From positions 1 through 52,255 of IMG/VR virus record IMGVR_UViG_3300025154_000016: 52,255 nucleotides of DNA. One strand, given 5' to 3'. Of the stretch, positions 9,364-17,587 are shown piece after piece. Positions within the stretch are counted from its first letter, which is position 1, and each line of letters begins with the position of its first letter. The notes beneath the pieces were generated by a model. It was not told the origin of the DNA, did no database searches, and was given only the letters and a program-made list of their open reading frames with translations. Source of the DNA: a virus. Taxonomy: Duplodnaviria > Caudoviricetes. The translations under genes and the position numbers were made by a program.

Positions 9364-10185
9364 TTAATCCTCCTCATACATCGAATCCAAATCTTCTTCG
9401 ACCCGTGGCGCTAAAAAGTATTGGATATACGATCCATTATCGATTTCCCCTTTCTGGATTTGATTATCGATTAAGAATTTCAAATGAATCGGACTTTCAG
9501 ATTTTAAGCGAATTGAGACTTGATCACAAATCGGACTAATCTTTAAGATATTCTTGAGGAATTGGATTGCGAACGCCCCTTCGGTATTTTCTTCAAATTT
9601 CGAGAGAATTAACTCTTCGGGTTCCACTTCATAACTCATATCGCCCATTGTGCCTTCTGCCCAAAGTCGTAATTGTTTCTCATTGGAATGAATATTCAAG
9701 ACATCAGAGAAAATCTCGGCGTCTTTAATCGCTTCGTCTAAAAGAGAGAGTTTAAAGGTGGCTGTATTCAAATAGGGAATTTCATCTAATTGTTCTAAAT
9801 CGATATTTTCTATTTCTAAATCGATTAATGCCATACTAAATTTCCGGGCTTTCTTTGATCCTTCAACTTGCATTTCAATACCTAATTTTTTATCTTTGGG
9901 GTCATGAATCAAACAGATTTCATCTTTCGGACTCCCTCGTTTAATGATTTTCACGAGATCATTGAGATTCAACCCTAATTGATACTCGTCATCGGTATCA
10001 AAGATGAGAAAATCTTCTTTTTTCAGATGACAATCAAGTAAACAAATATGGGAGCCATCCATGCCCGTAATTTGGAGTTCTTCTTTAGATATCATTAACC
10101 GTGTTTCGGTTAAGATGCCTTCGACTGCTTCGAATAAACCCTTCACAAATTTGGGATTGCTAAATTTTAGTTTAAAACCTTTCAT
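9364..10185 (-). CDS. pcn: Archaeal-type DNA sliding clamp (PCNA)
   Basis: Contains GMDGSHICLL, LGLNLNDLVKIIKR, KFSMALID, F..QFLKNILK and C-terminal YFLAPRVEE with an acidic tail. Confidence 0.95.
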   Translation of the reverse strand: MKGFKLKFSNPKFVKGLFEAVEGILTETRLMISKEELQITGMDGSHICLLDCHLKKEDFLIFDTDDEYQLGLNLNDLVKIIKRGSPKDEICLIHDPKDKKLGIEMQVEGSKKARKFSMALIDLEIENIDLEQLDEIPYLNTATFKLSLLDEAIKDAEIFSDVLNIHSNEKQLRLWAEGTMGDMSYEVEPEELILSKFEENTEGAFAIQFLKNILKISPICDQVSIRLKSESPIHLKFLIDNQIQKGEIDNGSYIQYFLAPRVEEDLDSMYEED

Positions 10186-10433
10186 TGTTTAGACTCCTTT
10201 ATGGATTCTTTTAATTCATTCATTTCTTCTTGTAAATCTTCACATTTGGCGGCTAATGCTTTAATATATGTAACTAATTCAACCGTCGATAAGTGGGTTT
10301 TATTAGTATTTTTAATAATTAATACTAATCATGTATAATCAATTAATTGATCTGTGTGCATAAACTGATCTCCTGATCGATCTCTATTTAGAATCAAAAT
10401 ATATAAAAAAACGGGTTATGAATTATAAGGACT

Positions 10434-11444
10434 TTATTCTTTATTTTTAAGTAAAAATTGGGGATCAACCGCTTTAAAACTGAGTCGTCCATCACAAGCC
10501 GAATCTGTTAATGTGCCATCTATGGCTCTTACGACAATTCCTTCTCGTAATACTGAAATATTTGAATTAACGACACTAAATCCATGTGCATATTCTAATA
10601 TCTCATCAACTGTTTGATCTAAATAATATTGATCATTTATAATTGGAACCATAGGTAATTCTAATTGATTACAAATCGATTTCATTGCGTCTAATGAAAG
10701 ATAGCGATGATTAGGAATATCATAGAGACTAAAGAAATGCATTTGATAATCAGTGAGTTTATATTTATTACCGCCAATTTTAGGACCAATACATTCGCCT
10801 TGAAGGGCTAACCCTTCTAATAATCGGTCTTCTAAATGATATTTCCAAGCCATTTTCCATTGAAAGGAATCTTCATTACAAACTAACTCTTGATTGCGAC
10901 TACAGACACCAAAAACACCTTGATATTTATAAAATGTTAAGGAAGTTCCATCGACTTTTTCTGTCACGTAAAAGGGTTCATCTTTCCATCGTTGTAAGAA
11001 AGTTGGAATTGTTTGAATTCGTACTTCATCTGTTTTTGGAATAAACGAAGGAAAAGATCCTTTTGCATTCGGATTGGATACCACATCAATAATGGGTTCC
11101 CATTTAGTGACACCTAATAATTCTGTTACATCTAACCCATTAACTAAATTGACATTAGATAATTCAGGAAATTTAGGATAAATCGGTAAGGCTAATCCTT
11201 GACTAATTTGACCTTTCATTTTGACGGTTCGTAAATGATGGCGATCTTCGGCTTTCGCATTTTCATTAATCCAACTTAATGGAATAACAGAATCGATTTC
11301 AATATAGAGACATAAATCTCCTTTTTTAAATTCTCCTTTTCGAGCGACTAAATCCCAACCTAATACTTTAAGTCGTTCGATTTTATCGGCATCTTGAATA
11401 GGTTGAACATCCAAGACTTCTTGAATACTGGCTAATTTTCGCAT
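10434..11444 (-). CDS. RNA ligase, DRB0094/Rnl5 family
   Basis: Has an MRKLASI N-terminus, motif I EKVDGTS, LQGEC, REGIV and SFKAV. Confidence 0.92.
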   Translation of the reverse strand: MRKLASIQEVLDVQPIQDADKIERLKVLGWDLVARKGEFKKGDLCLYIEIDSVIPLSWINENAKAEDRHHLRTVKMKGQISQGLALPIYPKFPELSNVNLVNGLDVTELLGVTKWEPIIDVVSNPNAKGSFPSFIPKTDEVRIQTIPTFLQRWKDEPFYVTEKVDGTSLTFYKYQGVFGVCSRNQELVCNEDSFQWKMAWKYHLEDRLLEGLALQGECIGPKIGGNKYKLTDYQMHFFSLYDIPNHRYLSLDAMKSICNQLELPMVPIINDQYYLDQTVDEILEYAHGFSVVNSNISVLREGIVVRAIDGTLTDSACDGRLSFKAVDPQFLLKNKE

Positions 11445-11478
11445 AGTAGTTCACTTTATTTATTTTTTACTAAAAAAA

Positions 11479-11769
11479 TTATTTAATTTCTAAAATCGGG
11501 AATTGGCACATTTTACAATTGCGGGTTTTTCCGCGTTGTGTGGTATCTTTGATGAGATTCGGTTGCCCGCATTTTTGACAGCGTAAAACTAAAAACTCGA
11601 AATTGGGCTTTTCAAAGACCTTGAGCTGCGGTAAACTTTTTAGGGAATGTAACAAATGGTGATGAATGGGAGTTATAGAAGAGATTTCTGAGCGAGCAAT
11701 CAATTGATTTAACAATCCTTGAATCTCTAATGGATTACACTCTAACGGGATTTCCAGATTGACGATCAT
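11479..11769 (-). CDS. Zinc-ribbon protein
   Basis: Contains CQKC...CKMC. Confidence 0.6.
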   Translation of the reverse strand: MIVNLEIPLECNPLEIQGLLNQLIARSEISSITPIHHHLLHSLKSLPQLKVFEKPNFEFLVLRCQKCGQPNLIKDTTQRGKTRNCKMCQFPILEIK

Positions 11770-12065
11770 TTAACTTTCCATCCTTTTTCCTTTAATTTCG
11801 CTTCGATTTCAATTAATTTGGCATTCCACAACGCTAATTCTTGTTGTTGCTCCGTAAATTGTAGGCAAGTCTTCGGGAATGCTTTGAGTTCTTGATAGAC
11901 CGCTAAACTGCGGGTCACTTCTTGGACTTCTTTGAGATAATCGGCTTTGGAGCAACAATATTGTCCTAAACAGACCAGATTATCGATTTGATTATTACAA
12001 TCGGCATTTGCAATCTGGATGAGAATATTGTCGCAGTGTTTCAGTTCAAATTGATACGAAGTCAT
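11766..12065 (-). CDS. Hypothetical protein
   Basis: 99 aa with an AGGTG SD. Confidence 0.6.
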   Translation of the reverse strand: MTSYQFELKHCDNILIQIANADCNNQIDNLVCLGQYCCSKADYLKEVQEVTRSLAVYQELKAFPKTCLQFTEQQQELALWNAKLIEIEAKLKEKGWKVK

Positions 12066-12252
12066 CTTATTTACACCTACAAATCCGTTTTTTACTGCCC
12101 GTATGTTTCCAGAACCAATCGTCTCCCCGTTGTTGTTCGTCAGGGGTTTTTTCGTGATAAAATTTTGGATCGAGGGTCAGATCCACATCGTCAATAATGG
12201 GTGTTTTTTCACTCATAGATGATTATTAGAATACGAATAAAAAAAGAGTGAT

Positions 12253-12267
12253 CTTATATTTTATAAG
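12253..12267. promoter_or_regulatory. Palindromic operator-like site CTTATA-TTT-TATAAG
   Basis: ATCTTATATTTTATAAG is identical to 8481-8497. Confidence 0.7.
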
Positions 12268-12824
12268 TAGATCGGGAATTGGTTCGAAAGTAAAATTGGA
12301 AAATCCCAGTGTCCGAATTTAATGATTAGATTCCATAAATAATCTAAATTATATGGATTACGAAAATAGAGTTTATCCAAAACTTCATTACGCAAAAAAT
12401 CTTTAACAAGCTCGGGAGGAACCCATCCTTTTTTAAAGACAAATCGTTTATTCCGTAAAGATGTTAATTCTTCTTCTTCGTAATTGATTTTAGGACTTTT
12501 AACAATTCCCGAATAAGATATAGTTGTCCAACCCGTCTCCTTATCTGTATTTCCTACTACAAATCCCAGACTGTGATCGGACGATGGATCAACCGCCATA
12601 AACCCTCTTGACGCAGATGAAGTTACTAATTGACCGGGATATGTAGGTGTCGATAATTTGATTTGAAAATTTTCTTTGGGAGTTACAAATAACGCAAAGT
12701 CAGTTGTAGACGAAACGGCTGCGGATTCAAGAAAGGGGTTTGTTATAATTTTTTCTTTAAATTCTTTAATGTAATTGGATTCTTTTTTAAATTCCCATTT
12801 CGACGACAAGCATGTATAAGTCAT
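12261..12824 (-). CDS. Hypothetical protein
   Basis: 187-aa ORF directly downstream of the helicase. Confidence 0.6.
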   Translation of the reverse strand: MTYTCLSSKWEFKKESNYIKEFKEKIITNPFLESAAVSSTTDFALFVTPKENFQIKLSTPTYPGQLVTSSASRGFMAVDPSSDHSLGFVVGNTDKETGWTTISYSGIVKSPKINYEEEELTSLRNKRFVFKKGWVPPELVKDFLRNEVLDKLYFRNPYNLDYLWNLIIKFGHWDFPILLSNQFPIYL

Positions 12825-12826
12825 GA

Positions 12827-14305
12827 TTAATTCTCCGTTAAATCCGTAAATCCATCAAATAATAATTTCGAAATATCTTCGTCCGATGGGGGGGCTTCGG
12901 AAGTTTCTTTACCAAATTCTTTAACTTTGAGACAAATCCCTTGATAGATATAGGTTTTTTCCTGCCCAACTGTAATTGTTCGAACTCCATTTTGATGGAG
13001 ATATTGCCCGAAATATTTGACGGATAAAGGTTTCTCTTTCGAGACCGCCGATTCGCAATATTCACAATAGGCATCATATAACAAACTGGTGGGAATCGAT
13101 ACATCATCCCGTAATTCACACATATCCCGTAAGAACGAATAGACATTCGACGCATATTTCTGCCAAAAAGTTTTATTATAAGTTTCATCCAAATCTAATA
13201 ACCCCGTAAAATCCGAATAATTGGTAAACAAATAACAGATTAATTTTTCTCGTTCATATTCTAAAACATCTTGCTTCCGGGTTAAATCCTTATTATGAAT
13301 GTATGATTGATCGGAATACCAGCATTTCCATCGTCGACAAATTCCATCATCATAAGAATATAAGCGAGGAAGATAATTAGCCGTAACCCATAAATGATTC
13401 TTATTCTTCTTTTTGACGGGATGTCCAAATAACCGTCTTCCTGTAATATAAGATGTGGTGATTAAATGTTTTAAGCCTCCAATCACTTCCGATGCCCAAT
13501 ACGCCGACGATTCAATCTCATCACAATTCACAATCAAAGAATCTAAAATAATCCCATACATCACTTCCCGTTCGCGTTTGACAAACCCTAATGGATTATA
13601 ATCCACAAAATGATCTAATCCCACCATATTTTGAAGGATTTCCATTAATGTAGATTTCCCACAATTCGATCGACCTAATAATACAAACCCAATTTGATAG
13701 GTAATATTATTCGTTAAGGAATAACATATTGCCGTCAGAATCTCTTCTTGAATAACGGGATCATTCGGAAACATTTGAGCAACATGAAATAAGAATAAAA
13801 TTGGTTTCTCTTGCCAATCTGTGGTTTTTGGGATTTCATGAAAACAAAAATTAAACCCTTCTGTAAAATGATATGCTGAATTACAACCTGGTAAAAAACA
13901 CCGATGTTTGAGATCATAATATCCATTTTGAAACGGGACCAATTCAGTAGGAATATTGAGTTTTTCAATAGTGATCACATTCTTTTGTTTTAAGCGATTA
14001 TAAACTTCATTGCCATGTTTAATAAAAAATGTGTCGGGATACACTTTACTCCACCATTTTTCAACAATCGCGGTTACCTCTTCTTGGGTTTTGAGTTGAT
14101 AATAAGACCCATTAAAGAAATAGGTATCTCCATATAAAGTCGCCCATTTTTGCGTTCCAAAAATGGATGTTAACGCATCATTAATTTTAAACCCTAAGGA
14201 AACTTTCTGATTCCGAAGTGAACTATCACACGCTTGAAGAGCGGGATCATCATCAGCCCAAAATTCCGAAGCGGTTTGAAACGGACTTTCCACCATTTCA
14301 CTCAC
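12827..14305 (-). CDS. D5/P4-family SF3 DNA helicase (no primase domain evident)
   Basis: D5_N-like LVPFQNGYYDL, Walker A GRSNCGKST, Walker B IVNCDE, TANYLP, GICRRW, and a C-terminal winged helix (LYDAYCEYC...FGQYL). Confidence 0.9.
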   Translation of the reverse strand: MSEMVESPFQTASEFWADDDPALQACDSSLRNQKVSLGFKINDALTSIFGTQKWATLYGDTYFFNGSYYQLKTQEEVTAIVEKWWSKVYPDTFFIKHGNEVYNRLKQKNVITIEKLNIPTELVPFQNGYYDLKHRCFLPGCNSAYHFTEGFNFCFHEIPKTTDWQEKPILFLFHVAQMFPNDPVIQEEILTAICYSLTNNITYQIGFVLLGRSNCGKSTLMEILQNMVGLDHFVDYNPLGFVKREREVMYGIILDSLIVNCDEIESSAYWASEVIGGLKHLITTSYITGRRLFGHPVKKKNKNHLWVTANYLPRLYSYDDGICRRWKCWYSDQSYIHNKDLTRKQDVLEYEREKLICYLFTNYSDFTGLLDLDETYNKTFWQKYASNVYSFLRDMCELRDDVSIPTSLLYDAYCEYCESAVSKEKPLSVKYFGQYLHQNGVRTITVGQEKTYIYQGICLKVKEFGKETSEAPPSDEDISKLLFDGFTDLTEN

Positions 14306-14523
14306 TCCGTCTTAATCACTTTCGATTGTAACCATTCATGGAATTTAAATCGAATAATACGGGAAATATTCATATTATGCTCTTGAGCGAGTTTTAAATC
14401 CGATTCGAATAATTCGACCATAAAGATTTTCTTTGGGGTTTTCGTCTCTAACAAGACTTCTTCAGAAGTCAAGACGGAAAGAAGGCGGGTTTGATATTTA
14501 GGATCAATACAAATTTCAGTCAT
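14302..14523 (-). CDS. Small ribbon-helix-helix (CcdA-like) DNA-binding protein
   Basis: Contains MVELFESDLKLAQEHNMNISRIIR and is the first gene after the divergent control region. Confidence 0.55.
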   Translation of the reverse strand: MTEICIDPKYQTRLLSVLTSEEVLLETKTPKKIFMVELFESDLKLAQEHNMNISRIIRFKFHEWLQSKVIKTE

Positions 14524-14990
14524 ACTATTCTATTAGTCAAACCTATATTTAAATTCTAAGATTAAACCTTGACTTGACTTGATCCTAACCTTTGTTCTTA
14601 TGATCTTGATCTTGAGATTTTAGGGGATTCCTTCACCTTGAGACCCTTCGAAAAAAGGGTGGGGGAGTATTTAGGGTCTTGAAAATGATAATAAAATTAA
14701 AGAAAGAATTCCCGACACAAATCAAAAGCAAAATAAAAAATTAAAAAACAAAAATCCTTTTTTTGATTATTATTTTATAATGATAATAAAATAAATTCTT
14801 TTTCAAATTGTTTTTTCCGGATCTAAAATACTAAAAAAAACAATTTTTCAATAGTTAATTTAACAGGATCTATTCATAAAAATCTCATTCTCATAAATTT
14901 CTCATGAATTTATAATTTATAATGAGATAATTTAAATAGACTCTCTCTATAATATAAGTATACTCAAACAATTAAAATCAACGAAGGAGA
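14524..14990. promoter_or_regulatory. Divergent control region / candidate replication origin
   Basis: A 467-bp non-coding strand-switch point with seven CTTGA repeats, a G-run and a long AT-rich tract, adjacent to the helicase operon. Confidence 0.55.
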
Positions 14991-15263
14991 TTGTTTAAAA
15001 TGACTGATTTAGATACATTATTTGATTCAATTAAAGAATTGAACGAGTTGAATCATTCAGAGAATATCAATGATCAACATTTATTATTAGATCGATTAAC
15101 AGATGAAAAACGCTATCGGCTCATCGCGGCGTTTTTTGAAGCGAAGGCGGATCTGGTTAAGAAATTTAACGAATTACAACACAAACAAAAACAACTTGCT
15201 CAAATCGATGACATGATGCATGAATTAGAGATCTTTCGAGTATTTAAAGACGAGCTTTTCTAA
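14991..15263 (+). CDS. Helical hypothetical protein
   Basis: 90 aa, AGGAG SD, followed by a T-run. Confidence 0.65.
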   Translation: MFKMTDLDTLFDSIKELNELNHSENINDQHLLLDRLTDEKRYRLIAAFFEAKADLVKKFNELQHKQKQLAQIDDMMHELEIFRVFKDELF

Positions 15264-15368
15264 GATAAGTTTTTTTTCTCAAATTCTTATAAATTATAAT
15301 CTCATGATTTCTAATCGCTTATAACTCTAAATCAATCAATTCATTACAACCAAATCTAAGATATATTT

Positions 15369-15605
15369 ATGATTCGAAAAACTTTGTATTTATTTCAGTC
15401 TAAATATTTTTTAAATGATTCTCGTCGAATTCAAGAAATCTGTTTAATTAAAAAAGGGACAAAAACATCTAAATTAATTATAAAAGAATCTGATCGATTT
15501 TTTGATGTTCTCTCTAATTGCTGTAAAAATCAATTAATTGAATTGATTGAAGAACAACAAACTGGGGATTGGAGATGGAATAAAAGAGAAGTTCGAATTA
15601 TATAA
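15369..15605 (+). CDS. Hypothetical protein
   Basis: 78-aa ORF after a palindrome-containing spacer. Confidence 0.5.
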   Translation: MIRKTLYLFQSKYFLNDSRRIQEICLIKKGTKTSKLIIKESDRFFDVLSNCCKNQLIELIEEQQTGDWRWNKREVRII

Positions 15606-15611
15606 AAAAAG

Positions 15612-15884
15612 GTGAAATTTATGGTACAAATTGGAATTATTTCAAACAGACAATCTTTATTGTCTGAAATTGATGAAAGATTTGAATTTGCAGTAAAACG
15701 AATTGCAAATTTATTTGAATTACAAAAAATGGAAAATCTTGAAAAAAGATATCCTGATCCGGTTGAATGTAATAAAATTTGGAATGAAATTAATAATGAA
15801 ATTGAAAAAACGAGTAAGGAACGAGATACATTACAAGACATGTATCAAATGTTAATTCGAAATTATGAAATTAAATTTTTATAA
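15612..15884 (+). CDS. Hypothetical protein
   Basis: An AGGTGA SD points to a probable ATG start at 15621. Confidence 0.6.
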   Translation: MKFMVQIGIISNRQSLLSEIDERFEFAVKRIANLFELQKMENLEKRYPDPVECNKIWNEINNEIEKTSKERDTLQDMYQMLIRNYEIKFL

Positions 15885-16024
15885 TCTCTATATAAACCTC
15901 GCTTTATTTTTTATAACTTTTTACCCTTGAAAATCCTATAAATTATAAGAGATTTAATTCCCGACATTATAATCTAAACGAGTGAACTTATTCTAATCTC
16001 ATTCTAATACTCATATAGAGTCTT

Positions 16025-16288
16025 ATGATATTACAACCTATTTGTTTAGTGAACTGGTTTGGTCTTTATTCTGACCTAAAAACTGATCTTTTACCTGCTG
16101 AAAAATCTGGATTAATTGAAGCTTTTTGGTGTGATCTTCAATCAATTAAATGTGACATTCGCTTTTTACAGATCAAATTAGGTTTTTCTGATCTCGCATC
16201 TTATCAAGCTCCGATTTTAGCTCGCATTGTAGAATTAAAATTGATCTTAAAAACAATTAGTGAAATCGGATTAGAACTTCTTTTTTAA
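16025..16288 (+). CDS. Hypothetical protein
   Basis: 87-aa ORF after a palindrome-containing spacer. Confidence 0.5.
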   Translation: MILQPICLVNWFGLYSDLKTDLLPAEKSGLIEAFWCDLQSIKCDIRFLQIKLGFSDLASYQAPILARIVELKLILKTISEIGLELLF

Positions 16289-16315
16289 ATCAAATTCAAA
16301 CAAGAGAACCTTAAC

Positions 16316-16618
16316 ATGTCAACACAACTCTATCGGATTCATTTTCAAAATCCCGTTAAATGGCGGGAAGATGTCGATTGTATTATTCGACCGCTCGAAG
16401 AAAAACGACAATTAAAAACCTTTATTCGAGATAGTGAAGAAAAAGGGTATTTAATCCTTCGTTTAAAGAAAGGATCAACCGATTTAACCAAATTAGAATC
16501 CTTCGAGAAATATAATCAACATTCTCAAAAATGGGAGACATTATTTGTTACTAAATTAAATCAAATCTATTATCTCGATTATATTCATAAAATCGAAAGG
16601 AGAAAGAAAAATGTATAA
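16316..16618 (+). CDS. Hypothetical protein
   Basis: 100-aa ORF. Confidence 0.6.
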   Translation: MSTQLYRIHFQNPVKWREDVDCIIRPLEEKRQLKTFIRDSEEKGYLILRLKKGSTDLTKLESFEKYNQHSQKWETLFVTKLNQIYYLDYIHKIERRKKNV

Positions 16619-16841
16619 TTACCTCTGCGATCCGGGCATTCTCATTCACAATCAAAAGATTAAAGGCTGGGTGATTTGCTTCATTAATGATAGCAATCAA
16701 TTAGATCTCTATAAAGACCCTTATCAATATGAACTCGATCAGAAAAAATACAGTGATAATTTATTCTTTAAAACGCTTAAAGAGTTTAAAAACTGGTGCA
16801 AGCGGAACGAAATAGACGACAAGTATATAAAGAGAGTTTAA
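16611..16841 (+). CDS. Hypothetical protein
   Basis: 76 aa with an AGGAG SD. Confidence 0.6.
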   Translation: MYNYLCDPGILIHNQKIKGWVICFINDSNQLDLYKDPYQYELDQKKYSDNLFFKTLKEFKNWCKRNEIDDKYIKRV

Positions 16842-16923
16842 TTTTTTCTATACTTTTCAAAAAAGATCATCTTAATATCTCTTTTTGATCACGAACCATT
16901 AAAATGATCAGAACCCACCAAAA

Positions 16924-17146
16924 TGTAACTAAACCAACTAAACTTCAATACTCTTAATAAACTAATAGATGACGGATAATAAGATCCTTAATCTCACTAA
17001 GAACAATAAGAAGAAATTTTGTACTATTTATCTCTAATTACTATAATACTAAGATCTTCGAGATCCAAACTGACGATTGAAAAATGAGTATGCGAATCTT
17101 ATTGTCCGTCAACCCTGGTTTTTCCCCTTTAGTTGGTTTACTTACA
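16924..17146. repeat. Two nested inverted repeats (19 bp and 16 bp)
   Basis: 16924-16942 pairs with 17128-17146 (18/19), and 16970-16985 pairs with 17096-17111 (15/16). Confidence 0.9.
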
Positions 17147-17203
17147 AAATGATCCATTCCGATCTTTTACATTCTTGTCATTTTTTCCTTTGGCTTTGCA
17201 GAA

Positions 17204-17548
17204 ATGCAAACCCTTAAGAATGATCTTTTTCTCTATCCTCCTATGAATACTGACTCTATGAAAAAATCCCGGGCTAAATACAATTTAACCCATAAAAAAG
17301 AACGCGCTCAACATTCTCATGACATTCATCAACAAAAAAAAGCGCAAATTCATCAACAATATTATACAAATATCGCTTGTTCTCAATGTGGTGCAACGAA
17401 TAAACGAATTATTTATCATCACCTTGACCCAACCTCTAAACAACGTGATCCTATTACCGCTTTTCACCGTAATCATTTAGAAGAACTTTCTAATTGTATT
17501 CCACTCTGTTATTCTTGTCATCAAAAATTACATCATCAAAAAAAATAA
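17204..17548 (+). CDS. HNH endonuclease
   Basis: Contains CSQC...YHHLDP...NCIPLCYSCHQKLH and lies immediately upstream of the terminase. The true start may be 17243 or 17258. Confidence 0.85.
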   Translation: MQTLKNDLFLYPPMNTDSMKKSRAKYNLTHKKERAQHSHDIHQQKKAQIHQQYYTNIACSQCGATNKRIIYHHLDPTSKQRDPITAFHRNHLEELSNCIPLCYSCHQKLHHQKK

Positions 17549-17587
17549 TACAAAGTATTAAGTATTCTTATAGTCTTTATATAAAAC

